Shown here one piece after another: positions 1-11,660 of a stretch of DNA of 64,000 nt; position 1 is the stretch's first letter; each line of letters opens with the position of its first letter. The notes under the pieces are model-generated. The model was not told where the DNA came from and searched no databases. It worked only from the letters and a program-made list of their open reading frames with translations. The position numbers and the translations under genes were made by a program. The DNA comes from the human T2T-CHM13v2.0 reference genome, Homo sapiens: NCBI GenBank assembly GCA_009914755.4, contig CP068257.2:17312001-17376000 (forward strand), in the 5' to 3' direction.

Positions 1-195
1 GGGAGCTGGATGGAAAAAGGCATAGCTGGTGCTCTATACCACACCTGCCTAGAATGGAGCTTCTGCAATGTGCGGTTGGTAGTAGAGGGTAAGAAAAGCA
101 GGCAACCTGCCCCTCCAGGGATGAAACATGAAGCTGAGGGGAGAGGGCAGTGCAGTAACTCAGTGGGTTATGACTCAAATGCCCCACCTGGCTGC
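1..195 (+). repeat. possible MIR-like SINE fragment (tentative)
   Basis: Segment gcagtaactcagtgggttatgactcaaatgccccacctggctgctgctcttactgag loosely resembles the MIR core (gacctgggttcaaatcccggctctgccacttactagctg). The match is weak and compared from memory only. Confidence 0.2.
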
Positions 196-1536
196 TGCTC
201 TTACTGAGATTTAGTAGCTTTTCTTGATTGAATGTTTTACCATTTGCTATATGCCCTTTGGACAATTTCCAGACTTTAAATGATTGTGTTTTAAAATGTT
301 CACCAGTTAAAAGGCTGGAAAAAAGGGCCACTGTTCTCCTTATTCAACCATTCTATAAGTCCTGCCTACACTACTCTTTTAATATTTTTGAAATCTTGGT
401 TATTACAAAATATAGCAAAACTTTGTCTTCAATGTTCCACATACTGATTCAGAAATACAGCGCTCTTAGAAATCAAATATAAACCTACAAATATTAATAA
501 AAGGATAGATCTTAATATTAAAGAATCTAGTATTTTCTTAAATTAGTTATGTGCTGTATTTGGCTATAGTTAAATGTTTAGTTTATTTACGCAGCCTAAT
601 TTTATTCACTAATACACCTATTTAGTGGCAATTACCAAGGACTCTAGAAACAAATTTCTGTGTGTACGCAGGATAAAAGTTTGGTCCCGAGTCAAGAGAT
701 TGCTTTATAATTGATAGATTGCTAATGTTAATTTAAAATAAATGCCACCCAATTTACTTGATAATAGTACTTATGTAGCAATATTCATTTCTTGCGATTA
801 TGTATTTAAAATATATTGTCCATCAAGTATTATCTATTAAAAATATTATCTTCTACAGAATTGCTTTATTAATTTCTTTTACATTTTTTATGCTTAGCCA
901 AGTTTATTTTATGAACATTACTTTTGTTATCAGTTCTTATCGATTTAATATATCAGCCACATTAATAACAGAGTAGCCTAGGCAAAATCCTCCAAAACAA
1001 TTCTATCATCTTCCTCTTTATTGTATATCATATTTCTTAAACCTAACAATATAATTTTGTTTCAAAGTTTGTAGAGAATGGACTTCAATCTCTCTCTGAG
1101 ATAAAATTATTATCTCGAAAGCTCAGGTGAGATAAAGATGAAATGAGTACAGGCAAACCTAGAAGGAAATATAAAAAGCAAGAGTTGTAAAAAAAAAGTT
1201 TCAGAACACATTTCTTAGATTTTTATTAGGAGCTTTTTTTATCTCTTATCTTCATATTAGAAGCATTAATACTTATGAGTTTGTTACCACATGAAATTTT
1301 GCAGTTAGAGACATAATTATATACACATATACACATATGTACATATGAACTATACACTGAAAGGGTTTCCCTGAGTAATGTAAATTGACATATAATTAAT
1401 GTCTAACTCTATTGAAATTCATAGGATAACACTTATTTTTCATGCATCTTTTATTCACTATTACCTAGAAAATAGACTGTAGCAAAAGCAAATCAAAACC
1501 TCGGTTTGGAAACATAGATCAACAAAATATAAACTT

Positions 1537-1900
1537 GCCTATATGGGCTACTGCAGTGACTTCAGCTTGTATGAAAATTCTTGTGAAGACCCACTAAAAG
1601 GTATTATTCTGGTAGCTTTCCATTTTATTTATTTGTTTTATTTGTGTATGCACACGTGTACTCCTGTGTATCTATATCTAAATTTCTATCTGCAAATTTT
1701 GCTAATATATGATTCTGTAGTGAATTCAGCTTCTATAAAAGTTCTTGTGAGGACCCACTACAAGATACTATCCTGGTAGCTTTCAGTGATGTGTGTGTAT
1801 TCTTATCTGCAAAATTTGCCTATATATAATACTACAGCAGCTTCAGCCTTTACAAAATGTCTTATGAGGATGCCCTGTAATATATTATCCAAGGAGCTTG
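1537..1900. repeat. diverged tandem repeat, about 120-150 bp unit x3
   Basis: Three successive units share the order ct(g/a)cagtgacttcagc(t/c)t..tatgaaaattcttgtgaagacccactaaaaggtattattctggtagctttcc, then tgattctgtagtgaattcagcttctataaaagttcttgtgaggacccactacaagatactatcctggtagctttcag, then atactacagcagcttcagcctttacaaaatgtcttatgaggatgccctgtaatatattatccaaggagctt. Direct orientation, about 75-80% identity. Confidence 0.6.
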
Positions 1901-2867
1901 AATGTGATTTACGTTGAGCTAGTATTTATCTTTAGCCTTTCTGTCAGTTAAATTTCCTACGTAACAACTCCAGAATTTTGTGTCTTTTAATGACAGCCAG
2001 TGATTCAGCCCATGATTCCGCAGACTGGCAGTTTTAATTGGGCTCAGTTGTTGGTTCTTTTGGCTTCTTTGTCTGTGGTAAGCTATATGATTGGTGGCCA
2101 AGGCAAGCTGGATTATGAAGGCCTTGTCTGAGAATGCTATTGACTAGGCCCCTCTCCAGGTAATGGCTTATCATCAGGCAGGCTAGCATGCATCTATTCA
2201 CATGATTACAGGGTTACAAATGCAATAAGAGAGTGAACATTAAGGTGTCAGCACTTCTCAAGCCTCTAGCTGTGCTACATTTGCTACTTTTCAATTGTGC
2301 AAGATAAATCACATGGTCACACTGAAAGTCAGTGGGAAAACAGACTGCACCCTTGATGACAGAAGCTGCAAGTTGCAATGCAAGGAAAATGAGTAGAGCA
2401 GGGAAACTTTGAGGCTGTGTTTGCAATCTACTAACCTTTGGACCTGTTGATTACATTTCATCTGAATAATACGGCAATTGAGTTTTTAGCTTATTGTTTA
2501 AACAGCAAAAACGACATCCTAATTGTATTGTTCTGAGTGGTAATTTTAAAACAATTTATTTCTTCAAGGATTAGTTTCTCTGGCTGTGGTGGTTGTTTTC
2601 TCCACTATTCTGAAATTAAGACCTTGAACCTTGAAAACAAACAAATTGAGCTTCAGAATAGTATAAAGTGCACTGTGGATAAGTTTCTTGTTTTTTTTTA
2701 TTCTTTAATTATTTTTCTAGAGTCATGTTTTTTTCCTTTGAGATTAAAATAATTTAACTCAAATTCTAATATAATTGAAATAGGACATGATCACGTTAAT
2801 TTTCTCTTTCAAATATTTCTACTTAAAAATTAGTTGTATTAAAACAACCAGATGGATAGATATAGCT

Positions 2868-3010
2868 ATGTGTGATATGTATATGTATGTATATAAAATA
2901 TATGTGTGCATCTATATATCATATATTTTATATATGTACATGTATAATTTATATGGATTTATAATATACAGTCATATATAAATATATACATCATGCATTT
3001 ATACCATATA
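2868..3010. repeat. (TA/TG/CA)-rich simple repeat, low complexity
   Basis: Runs of tatgtgtgatatgtatatgtatgtatataaaatatatgtgtgcatctatatatcatatat and similar. Source of the spurious ORF 2787..2981. Confidence 0.7.
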
Positions 3011-3439
3011 TACATGTATGGGGCAAAATTAATGTTACTATGTGTTTGAATTATCCTAAAAATATAATAAAAGTTTAAGTCGATTATAAAAAATGTGACA
3101 GTGTAAAAAATCAAATCTTCCAAATATTATAAAACATTATATTTTGGCTTATTTTATTTTTTTCCAGATAAAAATCTAGATGTCTTTAGATTTTATTTTT
3201 GGCACAGCATTTATTGCACCAGGAAAAATACATGTTAAGTTACTTAAAATAATTTTTATTAAATTGTTTAAAATAATTGTGCTTTATTTTTACTAATAGC
3301 ACCATTTTCTTCCCTCCATTGAATTTCAGCTCTCAAAACATAAAATTTACTAATTATAAATTTTTAATGCAGAGATTCTCAAACATGGAATTGGGAAAAA
3401 TTTCAGTGCTGTATTTAGTTGTGAATTATGTAGCAAATA

Positions 3440-3545
3440 ATTTGTGCTGACATTTGAGATATATATATATGTATATATATAAAACTTCAAAACTTTAAAA
3501 AATATATATATGTATAATAAAGTTATATCTGTATATAATTTAGAG
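3440..3545. repeat. (TA)n-rich low-complexity tract
   Basis: gagatatatatatatgtatatatataaaac ... aaaaatatatatatgtataataaag. Confidence 0.6.
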
Positions 3546-4539
3546 CAAAGGCAGTATTTTCTAGATAATAATGTCATTTTTACTTCTTGTCAGCCATATT
3601 TTTTTTGGAATAAACTAGAATGAGGCAGCACCTGGTCCCAGGGAAATGCATGGGAATGTTGTATAGGAGAATGTTACTCTTCCTGTCTTTTATGATGATG
3701 AGAAAAACAAAGTAGAGAAAAGCTACTTTAATCCACATGATATATAAATTGAAATCTTAAGGAAACATAGCATCAAAGAATGTGTCATTACACTATTCAC
3801 AATAAAAAATGACAGCAGTTGAATTTGTCTATGAGTATCTCCACATATATTGCCCCACATATATTGTGGGACATAAATTTGCTGTTGCAAGGAGCAGGTG
3901 TCTAGAATTATCTCATTATTCTAAGAACCAAAGAAGGTTATGGAGACAGCACTAAGTAATCTTTAAAGAAAGCTCATAAATAGCTAACAGATAATGCTTC
4001 CATCCCCCATTTCCACCAGGATTAGTCTAATAGTAGCTGAAACTATTCAACAAGCCATGGCCTCATCAAAGACAACCTGAGATCCTTTCAAAAAATCCCA
4101 TCTCTGATACTGTGATAATGCTTTTCCTTCCAAAATACTTCCACTTGTTCTTATCCCTGACACTTCCTTCCTCACATTGTTTTACACCATGAATACCGCG
4201 GAAAAAAGGAATATAAGCAGCAAAATTTGCTATGGACTTTCAATTTAACCACAAATCTCTGCATCCTAACCCCCTACATTTTTTAAGGTCAGTCTTCCTC
4301 TTTTCAACATATATAATAGAAAATGTTAAAATGCACATTTCCAAAGAATAGTATACATAATATTTATCTATTTTCCAAAATAAAATCTTAATTCAGCTTC
4401 TCATACACAACAACATCAGTCAGAATTCCATTCTTGCTCTTCTTGTTGAGGTTGAGGGGTTTTCTTGATTATTTTCGTTGCTGATGCTTCTTTGATAAAA
4501 ACACCTATTTTATTTTTTGCCTTACTGCTTTTAAAATTA

Positions 4540-5498
4540 TTATTTTAAAAAACATAGTAATTTAAAATAGTAATTTTTAGTATTTTAAATACTAAATAGT
4601 ATTTAGTAAAATAGTAAAAAATAGTAATTATTTAAAATACATAGTAATTTTATGTATTTATAGGACACAGTATGATATTTCAATACAATATATAATGTAT
4701 ACAATGTGTAATAATCAAATTAGAGTAATTAGCATATCCATCACCTCAAACGTACTATTTCTTTGTGCTGGGAACATTCAAAATCCTGTCTTCTAGCAAT
4801 CAGGAAATATGTAAAGTAAATGGTTGTTAACTATAGCCACCCTACAGTGTATAGAACACTAGAACTTATTCCTCCTATCTAGTTATAATTTCATATCTGT
4901 TAAACAACTTTTCACTATCTCCCCCAAACCTCTACCTTTCTCAGCCTCTAGTAACCACTATTCTACCTACTACTTCTATGAAATAAACTATTTTAGCTTT
5001 CCCATATGAATGAGAACACATATTTATCTTGCTGAGCCCGGTTATTTTACTTAATGTCCTGCAGTTCCATCCATGTTGCTATTAATGACAGGATTTCATC
5101 CTTTTGTGGCTGAATAGTATTCCAATATGTGTATAGCACATTTTCTTTATCCAAGCATCCTCTGATGGACACAGGTTTATTACATGTCTTGGCTACTATG
5201 AATAGTGCTGCAGTAAACACAGAAATGCAGATATCTCTTCAATATATTTATATCCTTTCCTTTGGATATATAGTTCTGTTTTTAGTTTTCTGAGGAACAT
5301 CCACACTGTTTTTTATAATGGCTTACTAATTTATATTTCCACCAACAGTGTATAAAAGTGTCCCTTTCTCTGCATCCTTGGCAGCAATTGTATAATAAAT
5401 TATGTCTTTTTGATAATTGCCATACTAAACGGGGTGAGAAGATATCTCAGTTGGTTTTGGTTTGCATTTCCAATGACATTCTTTACATAAATCTAAAA
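4540..5498 (-). mobile_element. LINE-1 (older L1M/L1P type) ORF2 C-terminal region plus 3'UTR, antisense on + strand
   Basis: Antisense L1 hallmarks: catatccatcacctcaaacgtactatttctttgtgctgggaacattcaaaatcct (L1 3'UTR RC), cccatatgaatgagaacacatatttatcttgctgag (RC of cccacttatgagtgagaacatgcggtg), tttccaccaacagtgtataaaagtgtccctttctctgcatcc (RC of ORF2 end), gggtgagaagatatctcagttggttttggtttgcatttcc. An A/T-rich tail with atagtaat-type repeats lies at about 4540-4690. Confidence 0.75.
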
Positions 5499-6280
5499 AA
5501 CAATTCTAAAATTTGTATAGAACCACACACACAGAAAAAAAAAAAAAAACCAAAGAGCCAAATAACAATCCTGAGCAAAAAGAGGAAAGCTGGAGGCATC
5601 ACACTGTCTGACTTCAAAATACACTACACACCTATAGTAACCAAGATAGCATGCTACTGGCATAAAAACAGACACATACACCAATGGGACTGGATAGAGA
5701 ACCCAGAAAGAAATCCATGTATTTACAGCCAATTGATTGTCAACAAAATGTCCAAGAACATACATTGGAGAGAGGGCACCCTCTTCAATAAATGCTGTGG
5801 GGAAAACTGGATATCCATGTGCAGACAAATGAACCTAGACCCCTATCTCTCACCATATACAAAAAAAATCAACAAAAATAGATTAAAGACATAAATGTAA
5901 AATCAGAAAGTATGAAAATATTAGAAGAAAACAGGGGAAAGATTTCAGAGATTGTTTTGCAGGAAGATTTTATGATGAAGACCTCAGAAGTACAAGCAAC
6001 ACAAGCAAAAAGAGAAAAATGGGATTATTTAAACCCAAAAAACTTCTATATAGAGAAAAAACAATCAATAGAGTGAAGAGACAACCTGCAGAGTTAAAAA
6101 AAATTTGCAAATTATTTATTCAACAAGATATTAATATCCAGAATATACAAAGAACTCGACTTGATGGCCAAAAAGTAATAATCTGATTTGAAAATGGGTA
6201 AAGGATCAAAATAGCCATTTCTCAAAAGAAGTCATACAAATTGTCAAGTATATGAAAAAATGGTTAACATCATTCTTTTA
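5499..6280 (+). mobile_element. LINE-1 ORF2 segment in sense orientation, inverted relative to the adjacent antisense L1 piece
   Basis: aaagctggaggcatcacactgtctgacttcaaaatacactacacacctatagtaaccaag, gggaaaactggatatccatgtgcagacaaatgaacctagacccctatctctcaccatatacaaaaa, aaatgggtaaaggatcaaaatagccatttctcaaaagaagtcatacaaattgtcaagtatatgaaaaaatggttaacatcattc. These match sense L1 ORF2. Track ORF 5358..5894 (178 aa) translates as L1 ORF2p-like (KAGGITLSDFKIHYT..NKCCGENW..LDPYLSPYTK). Confidence 0.8.
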
Positions 6281-7078
6281 ATTTCTGACAAACATAAAGT
6301 AAATGCCAAATTTTTTTATCTTAAGATTGTTGTTAGTATAAAATGTGATAATGTAAATATCAGACATAGACTCTATTTCTAAATCACTAGATTTTTGGAA
6401 CAAACTCTTCACCATTAAACTGATTATGAGGAGTTATAATGTATAAGTAAGAGCATTTTTATAAGGTTAAGTAGGCTTAATTTCTGCCTCTGATCCTTAA
6501 ATGATGTGTTAACTTACATAAGTCACTTAACCTGTCTATATCTGTTTCTTTAGATGAAAAATAAACAAATAATATATAAAAAGAACTATTTTGATAACTA
6601 AACAAGTAAACAAGTGAAAAAAATTGTAACTGCATTAGCTCATGTTCACTATTTAATAAAATTTAGTGTGCATGAGTGTTTGTACATGCATATGTAAGTT
6701 AATAGCATATTGTAAACATTTAATTGAGCCAGAAAATATCAGCATATGCTATAGGATATTTATATTTGTATTGTATTTGTTGTATAAAGATTTCATTTCA
6801 GATTTCATATATACAAATATAAATCCGACATTTTGGCCCCAAACTGACTCAATACTTATTTTCCATTTAAATTATTCCAATTACAAATTCAGTACAGCTA
6901 AATCAATACTCAGCTCTCAGGAATTTGTAGGCCACACATTCAAACAGAAAGAAGGCATTGTACCTTATGTTTATTTCAGAAAAACAAACAGCTCTAGTTA
7001 CTTCAAGAGAAATTAAGTTATTATAGTTGGAACTTAACGTTATACAACCAAAAAGCGGACTGGAGAAGGAGTAGTTGA

Positions 7079-7309
7079 AGAAATATTTTTGGCTTTCAGG
7101 AAAGCTGGAAGAAAACGGCTCTGATAACCCTTGAGGACAATCTTCATGCAGGCAAAGTGGTTGATTCTCAGGAGAACAAGCAGAAGCTTCTGGAAAATGC
7201 CCATGACTCTCCGCTAATGCTTGCTCAGCGTTTGGGCAAGTCGACTTTATACCTAGAGCTCATTCGCTTCAGAACCAGTGTCTCTAAATTTTTTATCACT
7301 AAATATTAA
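7079..7309 (+). mobile_element. pogo/Tigger-like DNA transposon remnant: transposase N-terminal psq/CENPB-type HTH ORF fragment
   Basis: Open frame from the stop at 7076-7078 to TAA at 7307-7309 translates RNIFGFQESWKKTALITLEDNLHAGKVVDSQENKQKLLENAHDSPLMLAQRLGKSTLYLELIRFRTSVSKFFITKY. The stretches KKTALITLEDNL and QKLLENAHDSPLMLAQRLGKSTLY align by eye with the Tigger1 N-terminus [38 protein letters not shown]. No ATG; truncated by a stop. Retains 6 CpGs in about 200 bp. Confidence 0.45.
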
Positions 7310-8397
7310 GGGACATGGACAATATTTTTTTAAAACCTGCCCTGTAACCCTAAGATTTTATAACTTTGTAAAATTTTGTACTTTATTGCCATTAAAGATC
7401 AAAATGTATGGAAATAGCATGAGTTACAAAGATGCCTCAGCATGCCTGTTACATTGCTGCAGTGTCATTTTCCAAAAATATTCTATTTAAACTCAAGAAA
7501 ATCGCCACTGTTTCTTTCTAACACCTGTCAGCAACTGCTCATAGCTCACTGATGTAGCTGTTTTTGCATTCTGACACGTGAGGTCTACTCACATTTTGTA
7601 AGACATGTCACTGTCAAAAGCTAAAAATAAAAAGGCAAATGTGACAGCCCTGGTGCCGCCATGCCTAAGAGCCACAGGTAATTGTGATCAAGAGGGGTAT
7701 TTTTAAATGTTGCAAAAATATCAAACTTCTATTTCTTCCTTTTAATTTTTTTGTGATTTTTATTGAATTTCATCTTTTACTATTAGCCAAAAATTGTTCT
7801 ATGATTGTAACCAGTGAAAACTACACAAGATTATTTTTCTCAAGAAAAAAGACTGATATAGTTTTGAAATCTTTTGTTGAGAAAGCTGCACTAAATTGAA
7901 ATCACTTGGCTTAGCTACTTCTGAGGAAAGGCCAGACAGCAACTGTAATGGAGGCTATAAAAATGCATAGGAAGCCAAGTAATTCACAAGTGATTAATGA
8001 TAATGGTAATACAGAAAAGACCTTTGGTAATAAATACATAATTGAGTTTAGAAAATACAACAAAGAGTAATTAGATTAAACTGAGTTGTAAACAATGAGC
8101 ATGTAAAAAAGATACCAAAAATAACAGATTTTGATATTATGTTTGTGATCGTATTACCGAAAGCATAAATTGTTGCATAAATGGAAGGACTGGTATGATT
8201 TAAGTACTTTTGAAGCAGAAAACTCATTTAGTTATTTTACGAGATAAAGACACTCATTGTAAATCATTCCTACATTTGTATGAGGGCAAAATAAATTGCC
8301 TTGATAAAATCAAACTGATTTAAAGTACAATTCTTTAATAGCACTGGATGAATTTAAAGTGTCTTATATCTTCGATCAAGTCTAAACCAAATTTCTC

Positions 8398-8460
8398 TCA
8401 CACACGGAAGTGCACACTAACACTCTCACACACACACATACACACACACTCTGATACAAG
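8398..8460. repeat. (CA)n-rich simple repeat
   Basis: ctctcacacacggaagtgcacactaacactctcacacacacacatacacacacactctg. Confidence 0.7.
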
Positions 8461-9279
8461 TATACTCATAAAAGTAAACCTGATGATCTCTCCTCAAAGA
8501 CAAATACACGCCCTACTTTCATAAATAATTATTTTGCTTTAGGCAGTTATAACTTGAATCCAATTTTTAGTTTCACATTAATGTGAAATGTCTTACAATA
8601 ACAACCAGAAAAAATAGGTCTGTTACAATTGTAATAAAGATCTAAAAGAAGTCTAAATTTTACACCTATAATTTGATGAGAATTAAAATAATAAAAAATA
8701 TGTTTCATATGGAAAGAGATATTATAGTTTCTAAAGTGAATTCCAGCTCATTTTTGAACTCTCAATACTTTTGTGAGATATACAGTCCAGTAACTGTTAT
8801 TGTAGGGAAAATAAAGCTCAGAGGCATAATTGATTTGCTAAAAGTCACAAAACTAGCAAATGACAAAAACAAGCCACTAAATCTGCTCTGAAGGCTCTAG
8901 TCGAGGACAAATAGTCTTTCCCCTATTTCAGGATCCTTCTTGAAAAATTCAAGCTAAAATGGAAGCAAAGAAAATAAACATACTGTATTATATAGAAAGA
9001 AGGATAATTGATATTTTATAATTTTTAACATAGCCCATTTTGTCCTATTAACCACATACTGCAACACATATGTTGTAGCTAAAGAGTTGAAGCCATGTCA
9101 CATTGTTATAATGTGCATTTATTTTGTCATTCTTCTGCAGTCCTGTTCCTGGATCAAGGTTAAGACTTTGAGTTGCTGGTCAAATTTTCAAGTATTTTTA
9201 TTTTTTATGATATCTAATAATATACATGGAATATTTCTCAGAATTCATCTTGGTAGATTTATCTGTAATTTCATTTAAC

Positions 9280-9660
9280 ATGGGGGTCTGTTTGCCTCCT
9301 TATTTATTCCTTGTCCTTCCTCATCTCTGCTAGGTGTCTCAGGGGCCTGAACACTAGAGTTTTTCTGTATCCATCTCCCGTGTCACCTTACTTTTCTCTG
9401 GGTTATGCCTATGGCAAGCACTGACTAGGGATTGGCGAACAGGTGATTCCAAGAAGTCCGGTTACTTCTTCCCCTCCTGTTCTGTCCTAGGAGGCATGTC
9501 TGGCAGACAAAGTCTCTGACTCCAGCCTCTACCTGGTGATCCTGGGCTCCAGGCCCTAGTACGTCCTTGCAGTTTATGGAAGTGGAAACTTCTAGCAGTT
9601 GCTAATTCCTGGGTTGCGTTACCTTCCTTTATTTGTCAGCTCAGCCATCTTTATAGTTTA
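9280..9660. other. GC-richer block bounded by TG...CA, possible solitary LTR (unclassified)
   Basis: Local GC and CpG content (cccgtg, ggcgaac, tccggtt, tacgtcc, tgcgtt) stands out from AT-rich flanks. Begins tgggggtctgtttgcc, ends ccatctttatagtttaactaataccttgctttaca. No family assignment possible by eye. Confidence 0.2.
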
Positions 9661-10965
9661 ACTAATACCTTGCTTTACATATCCTTCATGTTAGACACAG
9701 ACATTCTGTTTGTGACTAATACTACCCAAAATAACATAATTGTCGTTTATTAAATGAGCCAGTTTTGGTCATCAGAGTGGAGAGCTGGTTTGTATATATT
9801 GCATTAATCAAAATGATGTAAAAATAAGGATCATAATATTATGATACAATAAAATAATAGCATATATAGAATATCTTTAACTGATACCACTCTGCAGCTC
9901 TTTTTCAATTGATGTAATTTCTACTGTAGACATAAAGGATAAGTTAAATTTTAAAATAGCACGATTTACAGAAATTCCTTTTTTGACAAATGCACACTGT
10001 ACTATGGTTTTCAAAATGCACCTTTTAATAATTTTTTTATTGCAGTTACCTAAAGAAAATAAATTTCATTATATAAATTATTAGAAATCAAACAGCCCCC
10101 CATATTCAATAGTATTTCTATGTGATATGAAATTAATAAAAGTGTTCAACTTTTAAGTTGTTTAATATTGCTATGCTCTGGAAGAGTCTTGTAAGCTAAA
10201 AAATGCACACATTTGTGTAGCATAGACAAAAATTTAAGTGTGCTCTCAGGCTGAATATATATTACAGAACTTAGTTCACCAGAGATACATTGCATTGTGG
10301 TTCTGCTATATTTGGATGGGTGCATCTCTTCATTTACAGCCAATAGGGAAGTAAAAGCTCACTGCTGCTACACAATGAGGTAATAAACAGCATAAATAGT
10401 CCATATAACTTCTAGTTATGCATCATCTATCCAATAACAATCCACATAATACATGAAAAAGTAATATTACTCTTTTTGAAATAAATGTTTATACAGAGAC
10501 AATTATTTTTTTCCTTTCATGTATTGGGTGAGGTTTTAATGTCTTTATATCTCAAATTTACTTGTTTTAATATTCAATAATAATACCCTCCCTTGATTTC
10601 AGCTTACACAAATATTCTTTCTGAATCTCTATTACTCTTCTTTGTCAATTCCATGCCTTTGTTTAGTTGCTGTTTATTTTACTCTTTTGTTCTCTTCTGA
10701 TTTAGACTAATTATATCATTTTTAGCCTTTTTATTTTTGACATTCATTTTCTAACATTGGAAACTGTGCTCATCATGTTATGCCTTAAACAAGCTTGTGT
10801 TTAGATTTCTCCTTTGTAAGAAATTACACATTAGTTCTACCAAAATACTGGTAACATTTTTACATTTTTTTCCTTGATTCCTTCCACTTTTCTCCCAAAA
10901 GTGGGTAGCTAAAAAGTATTCTTCCCCATAAAGACTCCTACACCCATCTTTTCTTCCCCCGTCCC

Positions 10966-11095
10966 TTTTTTTAAAGTAAAGATGAGGTGTCACTATGTTG
11001 TCCAGGCTGGTCTAGAACTCTTGGGTCTAAATGATCCTCCCATCTTGGCCTCCCAAAATTGCTGGGATTACAGGCTTGAGCCATCACACCTGGCC
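10966..11095 (-). mobile_element. free left Alu monomer (FLAM-like), antisense
   Basis: Reverse complement of the Alu left arm: gatgaggtgtcactatgttgtccaggctggtctagaactcttgggtctaaatgatcctcccatcttggcctcccaaaattgctgggattacaggcttgagccatcacacctggcc, preceded by a poly-T tail (cccttttttt). No right monomer. Confidence 0.8.
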
Positions 11096-11584
11096 CACAC
11101 ATCTTGTCTTCTCCTTTTGCTTTGCCACCATCTAGGACTCTTAACTTCTCATTTTTCTTCTAGTGTAAAGTTGTAACTCTACACTGTACTGGTATCATGT
11201 GATTGTATTTTTTAAATGACAATAATAAGAAAGTAATGCCATGGTTGTCTCTTAATTGTTTGCACTGGTTTCCATCTGTCATCCTTTCTTTCGAAGTAAT
11301 CTTTCTGAAATAACTTATGATTCCATTCCAACTTCCCTCCAACATTCACCCTCAGATACTTTCAATGATTTCTTGTTTCTTAAAAGATAAAATTTAGTCT
11401 CATCAATTTGGCCTACAAAATGTTTTAATTAACTGGCCTTGGCTATGTGTTTAAAATTTTTGTTACTACTCATTATAAATTTACTAAAAAACATTCAATT
11501 TGGCTCAACCATTTCCATTCATGCTTCCTTGAATGTGGTGAATTTTGCATTATAATTGCTTTGCTCACATGTTTTTCTCTGATA

Positions 11585-11660
11585 GGAGAGGGGAGTGAAG
11601 AGGAGGTACAGGGAAAGGGAAAGGGGAAGGGAGGAATGGAGGAAAGAGAGAAAGGCGGTT
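11585..11660. repeat. GA-rich (polypurine) simple repeat
   Basis: gagaggggagtgaagaggaggtacagggaaagggaaaggggaagggaggaatggaggaaagagagaaaggcgg. Source of the GKGKGKGG spurious ORF 11447..11662. Confidence 0.7.

Noticed and set aside
1537-1900. CRISPR-like array interpretation of the direct repeats here and at 41488-41637
   Set aside because: This is a eukaryotic repeat-dense context. The units are 75-150 bp, imperfect and directly adjacent, with no unique spacers. No cas-like ORFs exist anywhere in the window.
5358-5894. Longest ORF in the window (178 aa)
   Set aside because: It is an L1 ORF2p-like translation with a lysine run from an A15 tract. It lies within an inverted, decayed L1, so it is not a host gene.
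7079-7309. Terminal coding exon of a host gene (acceptor ttttggctttcag|G, 69 codons, TAA, downstream ATTAAA)
   Set aside because: The encoded peptide aligns with the N-terminal HTH of pogo/Tigger transposases, which lies at the start of those proteins, not the end. A decayed transposon is the simpler explanation, though exaptation is not excluded (see findings).
7570-7680. Kozak-like gccgccATGcctaagagccacag followed by a consensus 5' splice donor (CAG|GTAATT), with an upstream E-box CACGTG; candidate first coding exon
   Set aside because: Only 17 nt of coding potential. It lies downstream, on the same strand, of a transposase remnant that ends in a stop, with no supporting downstream exon visible. 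Matches to short consensus motifs occur by chance at this scale. Retained as a note within the Tigger-like finding.
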